A DNA stretch of 64,000 bases from the NCBI GenBank assembly GCA_009914755.4, contig CP068257.2, forward strand, positions 44,288,001 to 44,352,000, given 5' to 3'. Below, piece after piece: positions 1-12,975 of the stretch; position 1 is the first letter of the stretch; each line of letters starts with the position of its first letter. Position numbers and translations under genes: made by a program. The notes under the pieces are model-generated. The model saw only the letters and a program-made list of their open reading frames with translations, did not search any database and had not been told where the DNA came from. The stretch is from the human T2T-CHM13v2.0 reference genome, Homo sapiens.

Positions 1-3000
1 AGAACTGGGTGTTTTTAGGAAGCTTAGATAGCCGGCGCGCAGGCGCTTTCTAGGTGATTTTACGACTCACGTTGGAAACAGCACGATGAGAACCAGGGTC
101 TTGTTTCCACTGACATCCGTGTTCCCAAACTCCCAGGATGTGCTTGTAGCAGGGACGTGCGAGAGGAGGGAGCTCTGCACTGAGGAAGGATGCATGGCCC
201 GATGACCGGGCGTCTGTGCCGCTGTGTCCGGACCTCCGTCTGCTGTGAGCAGGGGCCTCACAGGCGCCCCATACCCCATACCCAGTCTGCAGATCTGGCT
301 CTTTTGGTTTCAGCCCTTGAGCTCTGTGTTCTCCCGCCAGGGATGGCAGCACCTCTGCAGGAGAGTGGAGGAGGGGAGCCCTGCCCCAGCCCCTCACCTG
401 AGCCCAAACCCTGGCCAGGGCACAGGGAACACCCACCCACTCAGGGCCAGTCTGTGGCCAACAGACTTTGAAGGTGTCCGGCGGGGGTTGGCCTGGAAGA
501 GCTCTGTGTCCAGTCGGCCGTGATGTGTGTCTTTGTTCAAGGGAGAGTTGAGACAGACGTTCCCACAGGTGACCCTGGCAGGGCAGAACAGGCCTGAGGT
601 TTGACTTTACCATCAAAAAGGAGAGAAGGGGCAAATGTTAGCACTTTTCCTGGTGCTTTTCCTTACGGTGTAAAGGAATCTTATCAGATCTCCCAGTTGT
701 GGCCCGTGTTTGAGGGAGAGACAGGGAGTGTGTGTCCATCCCTTCCCTCCCAGGGTCCCGTGTGCTCAGGGCAGGGTATGCCTTTTCCCCACACTGGCCT
801 CGTCTCCACAGCCTGGCACACACCCCTTCCTGTCTTGCTGTGGTCAGGGAGCCCCCACATGCACATGCCATCCTTACAGCAGCCCCAGGGCATGGCACAC
901 CCCCATTTTATAGCCAGGAAACTGGGCCTGGCTAGCCAGGGATTTGCCTGGTGTCACAGCCCTGTGGGCAGCAGGACATGTCCTTACCTCGCCGACCTAG
1001 GGGGCTCAGGTCACAGGGTCACACGGAGTCACACGGCGGGAGAAGTCCCTGTGCAAAACTCCATTTCGCTGCTTTCCCCAAATTCATGGTTAGGTAACCG
1101 GTTTAGTAACCTCTGTGGACTCCACCTTGATGTTTAAACAAATCCATGATGATATCATGTGGTAAAAGGTAGGATTTTTTTCAAAAGGAAGGTGTGTTTA
1201 TACAAACACATGTGGGGTCTTAAAGCCACTGGGGGAGGAGTCACAGCTCCAGGGAAGAGGGGGTGCAGCTGAGCCCTGCTCAGCCACCGGCCACACACCT
1301 CTCACTCCTGTAAAGAAGGCAGTAGCACGCCCTCCCTACTGCAGCAGGTGAAGGGCCCTGTGCAGTGGGTGCTGTCCGAAGGTTGATGCTAGAATGTCAG
1401 CCCTTTGAGAGCTGGGCCCTGGGGCCCTGGGGACAGTCTGGTCTGGCCAGTGGTCAGCCTTGGTGGTGGAGGACAGAGTCGCAGGGAGTTACCCACCCTG
1501 AAGTAACCCAGGGGAGCTGCCGAAATGCAAACCCAGAAGTGTGGGCCGGATACCTGCAAGGCCACTGGCGTCTCCTTGACGACTCAGACCCACAGTGCCT
1601 AGATTAGGACACACAACCCAATACAGACCCTAGAGAGCTAACCTGGAGGGCCCATCCACTTTATTTCTGTCCAGTTGGAGAAATCAGGGACCTGGAAGAT
1701 GCCCCACCACTGTGAGTGCTCTGGGGGCACCCAGCAGCAGCTCCTGTCAGCCACCACCGCGTTTCTAGCACGACATGGTCGTGAGTTAAATCAGCAGAGC
1801 CTGCTAAGGGACGAGCAGATAGAAAACATAACAGTAAGAAGATCAGTCAGAAAACTCGCGTGGCCCAGGATGCAGGATGCTTGAGCTCTTGTGGTTCAGC
1901 TCAGACAGTTGGGGCTGACCTGGGACCCCGTGCGCTGAGGGGGCGGCTCCCAGCATGAGTTCCAGGGCCCCTCACCTTCGGTGACACATGGGAACGTGCC
2001 TCTGGCAGCACCTTTACAAAACACTTGCAGGTGGCCCTCAAGACACTTTGTACAGGACAGTGAGGTCCTTGGTTCCTGCTCTATCTGATAAGATTCTTTT
2101 ACTTCCTCAGCTGACGCAGCACTGTGGCCTCACAGCCCTGGGGCTTGTTTCAAAGCTGGGCTGCAGCCGGGTCCCTGTCTGGAGGTTGACTGGCCTTTAA
2201 CTCCGAGGATTGGGTTGTTTATGATGAAAACTCTTGGCAGATTCAAAACCCATGGGAGGGTTTGGGCTGCACAGAGGTGACACACATCCTTCCCTGAAGT
2301 GTCCCTCTCTGGTGCACAGGGTCCCCCCACCCCCACGTGTGGTCACCGCGAACACCGATACCACGGGTCCTCATGGGAAGTGGCGTGGGGCCCGCACAGC
2401 CAGGGGCTGGTAGCCGCTCCCTCCACCCCCAGGCTGCCACCAGGCCTGGTGCAGCCCTGTCCATGTCCCGAGTCCTGACAGCTGTTCGTGGTCTTCACTC
2501 TCCCTTGACTCTGTGTGGTCCATTTGTTGTCTGGCCATGAGTTTCTGAATCACCTGAAAGCGTCTCCACTGACGGGACCTGTGGGGCAGGTGGGGCCTCT
2601 CTCACCTGCCCGGATTTCAGAGTCAGGGTGGGTGGGAAGAGGCTGCAGGTCGGAGTCACTGTTTTGAAGGCGAGGGAAATACTGAAGCCAAAATGAGGCC
2701 TCAGGAGCCCCACACGATGGCTTGGGAGGGGTGTATTGCTGCCCCCACGTCAGGAGGGCCACCCCCTCCCTGTCTTCAGGGCGGTCATGAGAGGCAGCAA
2801 GCTGTGACTGACGTAGACCCGCTTCCTACGTAGACTGGCTTTTGGTGAATTGGTTTTGGTCACCTTTTAGAGCTTTCTTTTGTTGTTTGGACTTCTTGGG
2901 GTAAATTATTTCCCAAAAGTATTTACTCAGATGACTGATTAAATTTTCAAAACCGTAATAATTAGTGGACCTCTTACTGGGCAGATCACTCTTCGATTCT

Positions 3001-3288
3001 TTTGCTTTAAGAAACTTGGAGTCGGAAGCATCAAGGCTGAACTGTTTCCCTCCCACCCGCTGAACTGGCCAGCTCAGCTCTGCCCGCCCAGAGGAAGTGG
3101 GTGCGGCTCCCCTGGGGCTCCTGGTGCCCTGGGAGGGTTGGCCCTTTGTCCTAGGATGGGGACAGGTGGAGAGGCACACGAGGGGGAAGCTTCTACCGGA
3201 GGGTCCTTGTCATGCTGGAGGGTGGCGGCGGGTGCTGAGCCGTGGTGCAGCCAGGTTGCAGTCTGACGGGGTCTCTCTCTCTCTCTAG

Positions 3289-3330
3289 GCCTACACAATC
3301 CAGGGACAGTATGCCATCCCTCACCCGGAT
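3289..3330 (+). CDS. PCBP3: PCBP3 coding exon (phase 0/0) encoding AYTIQGQYAIPHPD, the linker between KH2 and KH3
   Basis: A (CT)n polypyrimidine run then AG at 3287-3288. The exon is 42 nt. The donor GTGAGT is at 3331. The translation matches the poly(rC)-binding protein 3 linker sequence as I remember it. Confidence 0.8.
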
Positions 3331-3985
3331 GTGAGTCTTCACTTTGTCTTCCTCTCACCTTTCTCTTCTCATGGTTGTTTACCTACCTGCATGCTGCTGT
3401 TAATTGCTACTAACATTAATATTACACAATAATATTAATCAACTTCTCAGCGTTCCTGACCTGTGTCGTATCCATATGACCTCGAATAACCTTTTAACCT
3501 CTTAGCACTAATTCTGCTTGTGTTGAGGACTTGGCCTGATGTCAAATTGTCTCAATTCTGCCGCAGTCCTGGGTTTTCCTCCCTCCCACGGGGCCTGGGA
3601 GGGAACTGAGACGGGCTCTGTCCCCGTGCAGGGCAGTGAGGATGTGCTCACCCGCCACAGGCAGGCGTCAGTGATACTTTCTCTGCGCCTAAGAAGTTGG
3701 GTGACATTATCAAACAGGCCACAAAGATACCTTGGCAAGCACATTTGAGGGCCTGGTGAAATTAACTCCCCCTTTCAGAGTCCACATGAAAACGTAGGGT
3801 CCATCTACACACACAGATCCAGGCTGTGGAAAGCCAGTGGAATAGGCCTTTGTCTTCATTCCAGAATCAGTGGGATGCCAGGCGGGCATAGCGTCCTTGG
3901 CTCCGCCCGGGCCATGCGGAGCTGGGTCCCATGCAGCTCCATGACCGGGGGCTCCGACACCTCTTTTCTGCTCCTGCTGGGTCTA

Positions 3986-4610
3986 GGTGTAATTCCAGTG
4001 CTGGAGGAAGAAGTTACCCTCAGATAAACGGTCGGTGTAATTCCAGTGCTGGGGGAAGAAGTTACCCTCAGATAAACCGTCGGTGTAATTCCAGTGCTGG
4101 GGGAAGAAGTTACCCTCAGATAAACCGTCGGTGTAATTCCAGTGCTGGGGGAAGAAGTTACCCTCAGATAAACCGTCGGTGTAATTCCAGTGCTGGGGGA
4201 AGAAGTTACTCTCAGATAAACCGTCGGTGTAATTCCAGTGCTGGAGGAAGAAGTTACTCTCAGATAAACGGTCGGTGTAATTCCAGTGCTGGGGGAAGAA
4301 GTTACCCTCAGATAAACCATTGGTGTAATTCCAGTGCTGGAGGAAGAAGATACTCTCAGATAAACCGTCGGTGTAATTCCAGTGCTGGAGGAAGAAGTTA
4401 CCCTCAGATAAACCATTGGTGTAATTCCAGTGCTGGGGGAAGAAGTTACCCTCAGATAAACCGTCGGTGTAATTCCAGTGCTGGAGGAAGAAGTTACCCT
4501 CAGATAAACCACTGGTGTAATTCCAGTGCTGGAGGAAGAAGTTACTCTCAGATAAACCGTCGGTGTAATTCCAGTGCTGGAGGAAGAAGATACTCTCAGA
4601 TCATCCATCG
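3986..4610. repeat. Minisatellite, 48-bp unit x about 13 (consensus ggtgtaattccagtgctggaggaagaagttaccctcagataaaccgtc)
   Basis: Direct head-to-tail copies are visible. Variants are ggagg/ggggg, accctc/actctc and aaacggtc/aaaccgtc/aaaccatt. It generates the paired 246/250-aa ORFs on both strands. Confidence 0.95.
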
Positions 4611-5461
4611 GAGGGGAACCCTGGGCGGCTCTGGGCTGTGCGGCTCAGACCCCTTAGGGGCCAAGAGATAAAAGGTGCAAACTGTGAGCAAAGGGCCTCT
4701 CTGGAGGCGGCTTTAGGGCCCCCAGGGAGTGACGGCCGCACTGGCAGGCACTGGGGAGAGGAGAGGGGAGAGCAACAGAGAACGAGAGACGGCCCCACCG
4801 GAAGTGCTTCGTGCTGTCAGCAGATGGGGCAAACCTGGAGTTGGTTCTGAGGAGGTTTCTCTTCTCTAAACCATTTTGAACGTTTGCCCAGCTCAGTAGC
4901 TGCTCCTCGTAACGCAGTTCCAGTCTGTGTGCTGCTCCCTCTGAACTGCGAGAGGCGCCTCTGAGCTGGTTGGGAGGTGGCCGCCAGGTGAGCGGGCTGC
5001 TCCAGAGCCTTCTGCAAACCCTGATGCTTTTGAGTTGGGGGCAAGGACGTCCATCTGAGTGAGATGAGAAGGCAGGTCAGGAGTGTTTTTAAGAGTTAAT
5101 GATCATTAAATAAATCTTTGATATAGAGATGCAATTTACTATCATTGCAGGAAAATTTATATTGAATGGAGAATAGATAACAATAGTTATTCCATTAAAG
5201 GCAACACATGAATCAAATGGTAGAGAAACGCTGATCAAGAAAAGCCTTTCCCCACCTGCCCCAGAGGCCGTTTTTAGTGGTTCCTGGCGTCAGACCTTTG
5301 GTGATGCTGCTGTAGCTACATCAAGGACATCTCATCCTGGGGTCAGCTGTAGACACCAGTGCCTGACCCCACTAGGAAGCCGGGCTGTGGCCACCACACA
5401 CCGGAAGGCACTGTTGGGGCTGCCCCAGCCTGCGCCCAGCAGCAGCGTTGGGCAGAAGCAG

Positions 5462-5497
5462 AGGTGTGTGTGTGTGTGTGTGCGCGCGTGCGCGTCC
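5462..5497. repeat. (GT)9 followed by a (GC/GCGT)n alternating purine-pyrimidine microsatellite
   Basis: The sequence reads gtgtgtgtgtgtgtgtgtgcgcgcgtgcgcgtcc. Confidence 0.9.
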
Positions 5498-6129
5498 CCG
5501 TGCATGTGTGTGGCAGGGGTGTGGGGGGCAGGTGTGATGTGTCCTAACAGAAAGCCTGTGTGAAGGAAGATGAAGATGGAAGCCAGGGGAGTCAGAGGCG
5601 ACTTTCTGGGGTGGCCCAGTTCCATTAAGGACTCAGGACAGGTGGTCACGCACATCTAGAGATGCACGTGTGCAGAGGCAGGTTCCAAAGGGGGGGGTCA
5701 CTTGACTTTGCAAAGCTCTGGAACCCAAAGGAAAGGCAGTGTGCGGTGCCCTTGGTAAAGGGAAGGTTAGTCGATGGGGTCAGGGTTTGTGTTTACCCCA
5801 GACAGTCGCCCTGAAGTTGGATGCTCAGACCTGCAGGGACCCTCTGGTGACACCTTACGGATTTCCTGTGGCCACAGAGCCTAACGTTCTCACTGTGGCC
5901 TTTGGCTGAGCACCCGTCTGAGCCAGAATGCTTGTGGTCTGAAATTTCCAGAGGCCGTGGCTGTGTGCCACGGTGGGACTGCAGGACCCTGATGTTTGGT
6001 GATTGGCTTTTACTTCGATTGGTGGCTTTGCTCTTTCTCATGTGACTTTCTCAGTATCTCTTAGAAATGGGTAGTTGTGCAGATTGTTTCAAATTAGTTT
6101 AATGTATAACTAACTGTTAAGAGAACTGC

Positions 6130-6575
6130 CTCAGTGCATGTGGTAATGATTTGAGATACCTGGTGCTATGGTTTAAATATGTCTATTCCTCCACAATTTC
6201 TCTGTTGGAACCTAATCACCAAGGTGACAGTATTAGAGGGTGGGGGGTCCCAGGGCTGGGGAGTGATTGGGTCATGAGCGCTCCACCCTCGTGAACAGCA
6301 TTGGTGCCCCTATAACAGAGGCCTCAGATAACAGAGGCTTCAGATAACAGAAGCTTCAGAGAGTGGCCTCCCCTCCATCCCTCCTGTCATGTGAGGACAA
6401 GAGCGTTCAGGCACCATATTGAAAGCAGAGACTTGGCCCTTCCCATACACCAAACCAGCCAGCACTTTGATCTCCAGTTTCCAGCCCCCATAACTGTGAG
6501 CCACACATTTATGCTGTTTCTGAATTGCCCGGTCTAAGGCATTTTGTCATAGCAGCAGGAGTGGACTAAGGCGCT
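6130..6575 (+). mobile_element. Solo MaLR/ERVL-type LTR (MLT/MST-like), containing a short 16-bp x3 tandem at 6300-6350
   Basis: It carries hallmark LTR segments: ggtgacagtattagagggtgggg...tgattgggtcatgag...ccaccctcgtgaa...gtgaggacaagagcg...ccagtttccagcccccataactgtgagcc...gtcatagcagcaggagtggactaagg. Confidence 0.5.
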
Positions 6576-7141
6576 TGGTTCTTTACTGTGAAGTATCTCT
6601 CTGTGGAAGACATTCTGTTTCTACATCGGTGTCATGAGATTTGCAGAGCAGCTGTTATTAATAGAAGACTGGAAGCTTCCATGGTGCTTTTCTTGCAGAC
6701 GTGTAAAATTGAAGACTTGGACAATCACTTAATCATTAAACACAAAAATAAAATGATTGTTTAGTGACATAGGTAACAATAGTCAGGAAGCAATTTGTAT
6801 CTGAGCTTGGTATTTAGTAGAAATTTTTAAAGCATCGGTATTTTGTAGAAATTTTTAAAGCTTCAATTTCTTACTATATCAATATAATTATAGAATATGT
6901 TGTTTTAATTTATAATGTAATTGAATACAAAGTTTATTTATACCACAGTGCCGGCTTATATACAGATACTAGAGTCATTTTTTAGGAACGTGATATTTGA
7001 CCTGGATGTGTGGGCCCATGAATAAGAAACATCAAGCATAAGAAAATACATTCCTTAGGTTTGAGTATTTCTTTATGTAAAACTAAAATATGCATGTGTT
7101 TTCTGTGCCCAGTTTTAAAAAGTGTTTTTAGCTTGTTCTTA

Positions 7142-7474
<333 letters not shown>

Positions 7475-7924
7475 TCATCGGCACTGATCTGCCTTCGCCT
7501 GCTTTTCTCCAGCTCCTCACACGCCACATGCATCATTTTACCCACGTCCTCCTCGAGGCTTACTGTGCTCTGGATGTGCAGGTGTTTTGAAGAGGCACAG
7601 AGCTGCTCGACAGGGTGAAGGACTTAGGAGGACTGAAGTCAGGCTCTCCAGTATGGCCACTCGGCAGCCCTGGAGACTATCCATGTGCCTCTGTGTGTCC
7701 TGCCTGGGTCAGACCAAGTGCAGTTTCAGAAATGAGAAAGAGAAACAGCACCTGAGACCTGGGACCTGAGAGCAGAGCCGAGAGCGCCCACACCTGGACA
7801 GACTGCTTGACTCTCACCCAGCACGTCTGCACCTTTAATTACAGTGGGGAAGTTACACCAGGAAGGAATTGTTTTTTCTGGAAGAAATGAGTGAACTTCA
7901 AAAATACCCTCATAGGCCAGGTAC

Positions 7925-8211
7925 AGTGGCTCTCTCCTGCGATCCCAGCACTTTGAGAGGCCAAGATGGGAGGATTGCTTGAGCCCAGGAGTTGGAGACC
8001 AGCTTGGACAAAAGAGCAAGACCCCATTTCTACAAAAAAATACAGAAATTAACTGGGTGTGGTGGCACACACCTGGAGTCCCAGCTACTCAGGAGGCTAA
8101 GGTGGGGCAGTTACCTGAGCTCCGGCAGTCGAGACTGTAGTGAGCAGAGATTGCACCACTGCACTCCAGCCTGGGCGACAGAGCAAGACCCTGTCTCAAA
8201 AAAAGAAAAAA
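7925..8211 (+). mobile_element. Alu SINE with a target-site duplication aataccctcata
   Basis: It runs from ggccaggtacagtggctc to ctgtctcaaaaaaagaaaaaa. The flanking aaaaataccctcata is duplicated on both sides. Confidence 0.95.
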
Positions 8212-9412
8212 TACCCTCATATATACAAATCTTTATTTCTAGTCTTCCAGGTCTCCTAATCACTCCCTTACTTAACGTCCCCATCATTTAAAGGGGATGT
8301 TGAAAGCAAGCAAAAATAAAAACATGTTAGAGTTGACGAAGAGTTTGCCATGTAGGCGATTTTAGATGAGCCTTTGCACCAACCCTGTGAGGCAGATCTC
8401 AGGACCGTGGGGCCAGTTCCACACACGAGGAAGTGGAAGCTCTGAGAGGTGCCTTGGCCAGAGCTAATGAGCCAGGGAATGGGAGGGCTTGGCACAGCCG
8501 CCCAGGCAGCTGGACGTGAGTGGCAGATGTGCAGCAACGCTGGGAATCAAGCGGACACCAGTGTCTACTAAGAAGCTGGTTCTTCAGTGAAAGAGTCGTG
8601 GGGAAATTGTAGAAATGTGTCGTAAGTGGGAGCCAGGGATGGGAGGCACGACCAGATCCTGTGCTGGATGCGGCCCTTCATCCCAGCTGTGCAATCCCCG
8701 GGACTCTGTCGGTGCCACGCATTTCCCCTGGACACATGAAGGGCACGCGTGGGCTCTTGTGACAATCTCATGCACTTGCAGAGATTTGGGCAGATTGTTG
8801 CAGAGTGCTTTCTCCTCCCACTTGTTCTGTGTCTCCCTCTGGAACCCTGTGGGGAGGTGGGTGAGGGGTCCCCTCACTGTAGTGAGAGAGTAGTCAATGC
8901 CGCATGCTCTGGGCACATGCCGAGGGGCCCAGCCTCTCTCACTCTGAAGCCTGGCACCTTCCAAGACCTTGCAGCTGCAAGTGGTGCAGCGGCTTGCCCA
9001 TGGCCCCACCTGCTGTCAGAGCTGTGCTACTGCAGCCACTCCTTTCATGAAACAAGAGGCCCAGGCAACCCTCACTGCTGGCTGGAGTTCCATCTTTCCT
9101 TGCTTGGAACACCGCACCCTCTGCAGGGCCCCAGTGGCACGGCTCTCACATGCTGTTCCTCCCAGCTTGCCCTTCTCAGAACGAGACTTTGCATCTTTAC
9201 AGGACCCTCGGGCGACTCACTGGCCCGTGGAGGTCTAAGAAACACTAGTCAGGAGGCCTGAGAAGGAAGAACATGCATCCAGTTGGAAGCCCAGGGGAGA
9301 CATGGAATGGAGAGAGAAAATTCCAAGAGACACACAGAGAACCTTCCAAAATTAGAGAAACCATCAACAATTCCCAAACAGGATAAACAAATAATACAAA
9401 TAAACTCGACCT

Positions 9413-12400
9413 GGAACAGTCGAGTGGATAGAAACAGCACACGTAAGATCGGGTGTGCACGAGGAGATGTGAACACTGGGAACAGTCGCGTGGATAGAAA
9501 CAGCACACGTAAGATCGGGTGTGCGTGAGGAGATGCGAACACCGGGAACAGTCGAGTGGGTAGAAACAGCACACGTAAGATCGGGTGTGCACGAGGAGAT
9601 GTGAACACCGGGAACAGTCGAGTGGATAGAAACAGCACACGTAAGATCGGGTGTGCACGAGGAGATGTGAACACTGGGAACAGTCGCATGGATAGAAACA
9701 GCACACGTAAGATCGGGTGTGCGTGAGGAGATGTGAACACTGGGAACAGTCGAGTGGGTAGAAACAGCACACGTAAGATCGGGTGTGCACGAGGAGATGC
9801 GAACACCGGGAACAGTCGAGTGGGTAGAAACAGCACACGTAAGATCGGGTGTGCACGAGGAGATGTGAACACTGGGAACAGTCGCGTGGATAGAAACAGC
9901 ACACGTAAGATTGGGTGTGCACGAGGAGATGTGAACACTGGGAACAGTCGCATGGATAGAAACAGCACACGTAAGATCGGGTGTGCGTGAGGAGATGCGA
10001 ACACCGGGAACAGTCGAGTGGGTAGAAACAGCACACGTAAGATCGGGTGTGCACGAGGAGATGTGAACACTGGGAACAGTCGCGTGGATAGAAACAGCAC
10101 ACGTAAGATCGGGTGTGCACGAGGAGATGTGAACACTGGGAACAGTCGCATGGATAGAAACAGCACACGTAAGATCGGGTGTGCACGAGGAGATGTGAAC
10201 ACTGGGAACAGTCGCATGGATAGAAACAGCACACGTAAGATCGGGTGTGAGTGAGGAGATGCGAACACCGGGAACAGTCGAGTGGGTAGAAACAGCACAC
10301 GTAAGATCGGGTGTGCACGAGGAGATGTGAACACTGGGAACAGTCGCGTGGATAGAAACAGCACACGTAAGATCGGGTGTGCGTGAGGAGATGCGAACAC
10401 CGGGAACAGTCGAGTGGGTAGAAACAGCACACGTAAGATCGGGTGTGCACGAGGAGATGTGAACACCGGGAACAGTCGCGTGGATAGAAACAGCACACGT
10501 AAGATCGGGTGTGCACGAGGAGATGTGAACACTGGGAACAGTCGCGTGGATAGAAACAGCACACGTAAGATCGGGTGTGCGTGAGGAGATGCGAACACCG
10601 GGAACAGTCGAGTGGGTAGAAACAGCACACGTAAGATCGGGTGTGCACGAGGAGATGTGAACACCGGGAACAGTCGCGTGGATAGAAACAGCACACGTAA
10701 GATCGGGTGTGCACGAGGAGATGTGAACACTGGGAACAGTCGCGTGGATAGAAACAGCACACGTAAGATCGGGTGTGCGTGAGGAGATGCGAACACCGGG
10801 AACAGTCGAGTGGGTAGAAACAGCACACGTAAGATCGGGTGTGCGTGAGGAGATGCGAACACCGGGAACAGTCGAGTGGGTAGAAACAGCACACGTAAGA
10901 TCGGGTGTGCACGAGGAGATGTGAACACTGGGAACAGTCGCGTGGGTAGAAACAGCACACGTAAGATCGGGTGTGCGTGAGGAGATGCGAACACCGGGAA
11001 CAGTCGCGTGGGTAGAAACAGCACACGTAAGATCGGGTGTGCACGAGGAGATGCGAACACTGGGAACAGTCGCGTGGATAGAAACAGCACACGTAAGATC
11101 GGGTGTGCACGAGGAGATGCGAACACCGGGAACAGTCGCGTGGATAGAAACAGCACACGTAAGATCGGGTGTGCACGAGGAGATGCGAACACCGGGAACA
11201 GTCGCGTGGATAGAAACAGCACACGTAAGATCGGGTGTGCACGAGGAGATGTGAACACCGGGAACAGTCGCGTGGATAGAAACAGCACACGTAAGATCGG
11301 GTGTGCACGAGGAGATGTGAACACCGGGAACAGTCGCGTGGATAGAAACAGCACACGTAAGATCGGGTGTGCACGAGGAGATGCGAACACCGGGAACAGT
11401 CGCGTGGATAGAAACAGCACACGTAAGATCGGGTGTGCACGAGGAGATGCGAACACCGGGAACAGTCGCGTGGATAGAAACAGCACACGTAAGATCGGGT
11501 GTGCGTGAGGAGATGCGAACACCGGGAACAGTCGCGTGGATAGAAACAGCACACGTAAGATCGGGTGTGCGTGAGGAGATGCGAACACCGGGAACAGTCG
11601 AGTGGGTAGAAACAGCACACGTAAGATCGGGTGTGCACGAGGAGATGTGAACACTGGGAACAGTCGCGTGGATAGAAACAGCACACGTAAGATCGGGTGT
11701 GCGTGAGGAGATGCGAACACCGGGAACAGTCGAGTGGGTAGAAACAGCACACGTAAGATCGGGTGTGCACGAGGAGATGTGAACACCGGGAACAGTCGCG
11801 TGGATAGAAACAGCACACGTAAGATCGGGTGTGCGTGAGGAGATGTGAACACCGGGAACAGTCGCGTGGATAGAAACAGCACACGTAAGATCGGGTGTGC
11901 ACGAGGAGATGTGAACACCGGGAACAGTCGCGTGGATAGAAACAGCACACGTAAGATCGGGTGTGCGTGAGGAGATGCGAACACCGGGAACAGTCGAGTG
12001 GGTAGAAACAGCACACGTAAGATCGGGTGTGCACGAGGAGATGCGAACACCGGGAACAGTCGCGTGGATAGAAACAGCACACGTAAGATCGGGTGTGCGT
12101 GAGGAGATGCGAACACCGGGAACAGTCGTGTGGGTAGAAACAGCACACGTAAGATCGGGTGTGCACGAGGAGATGCGAACACCGGGAACAGTCGCGTGGA
12201 TAGAAACAGCACACGTAAGATCGGGTGTGCACGAGGAGATGTGAACACCGGGAACAGTCGCGTGGATAGAAACAGCACACGTAAGATCGGGTGTGCGTGA
12301 GGAGATGCGAACACCGGGAACAGTCGAGTGGGTAGAAACAGCACACGTAAGATCGGGTGTGCACGAGGAGATGCGAACACCGGGAACAGTCGCGTGGATA

Positions 12401-12975
12401 GAAACAGCACACGTAAGATCGGGTGTGCGTGAGGAGATGCGAACACCGGGAACAGTCGTGTGGGTAGAAACAGCACACGTAAGATCGGGTGTGCACGAGG
12501 AGATGTGAACACCGGGAACAGTCGAGTGGGTAGAAACAGCACACGTAAGATCGGGTGTGCACGAGGAGATGCGAACACTGGGAACAGTCGCGTGGATAGA
12601 AACAGCACACGTAAGATCGGGTGTGCACGAGGAGATGTGAACACTGGGAACAGTCGCGTGGATAGAAACAGCACACGTAAGATCGGGTGTGCACGAGGAG
12701 ATGTGAACACTGGGAACAGTCGCGTGGATAGAAACAGCACACGTAAGATCGGGTGTGCACGAGGAGATGCGAACACCGGGAACAGTCGAGTGGGTAGAAA
12801 CAGCACACGTAAGATCGGGTGTGCGTGAGGAGATGCAAACACTGGGAACAGTCGAGTGGATAGAAACAGCACACGTAAGGTCGGGTGTGCACGAGGAGAT
12901 GCGAACACCAGGAACAGTCGAGTGGGTAGAAACAGCACACGTAAGGTCGGGTGTGCGTGAGGAGATGCGAACACC
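9413..12975. repeat. Large minisatellite (VNTR), 66-bp unit x about 54, CpG-rich (consensus gaacagtcgMgtggRtagaaacagcacacgtaagatcgggtgtgcRYgaggagatgYgaacacYggg)
   Basis: There are 3563 bp of perfect head-to-tail 66-mers with four recurrent biallelic positions. Because 66 is a multiple of three and the unit has no minus-strand stop in any frame, it produces the 1231-, 1241- and 1224-aa overlapping pseudo-ORFs. Confidence 0.97.

Noticed and set aside
601-1137. A 178-aa plus-strand ORF near the window start as a possible upstream PCBP3 exon
   Set aside because: The translation has no similarity to the PCBP3 region expected upstream (...KGATIPYRPKPASTPVIFAGGQ). The preceding PCBP3 exon is presumably outside the window.
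3856-4671. A convergent pair of 246-aa (+) and 250-aa (-) ORFs with a 16-aa periodic sequence
   Set aside because: They coincide exactly with a 48-bp x13 VNTR. Both strands are open only because the unit lacks stops.
9413-12975. A possible CRISPR array, given regular direct repeats
   Set aside because: The repeats are contiguous with no unique spacers between them. The unit is 66 bp with variant positions rather than an alternation of conserved repeat and variable spacer. The sequence is primate nuclear DNA (Alu, L1 and MaLR elements, spliced PCBP3). It is a eukaryotic minisatellite.
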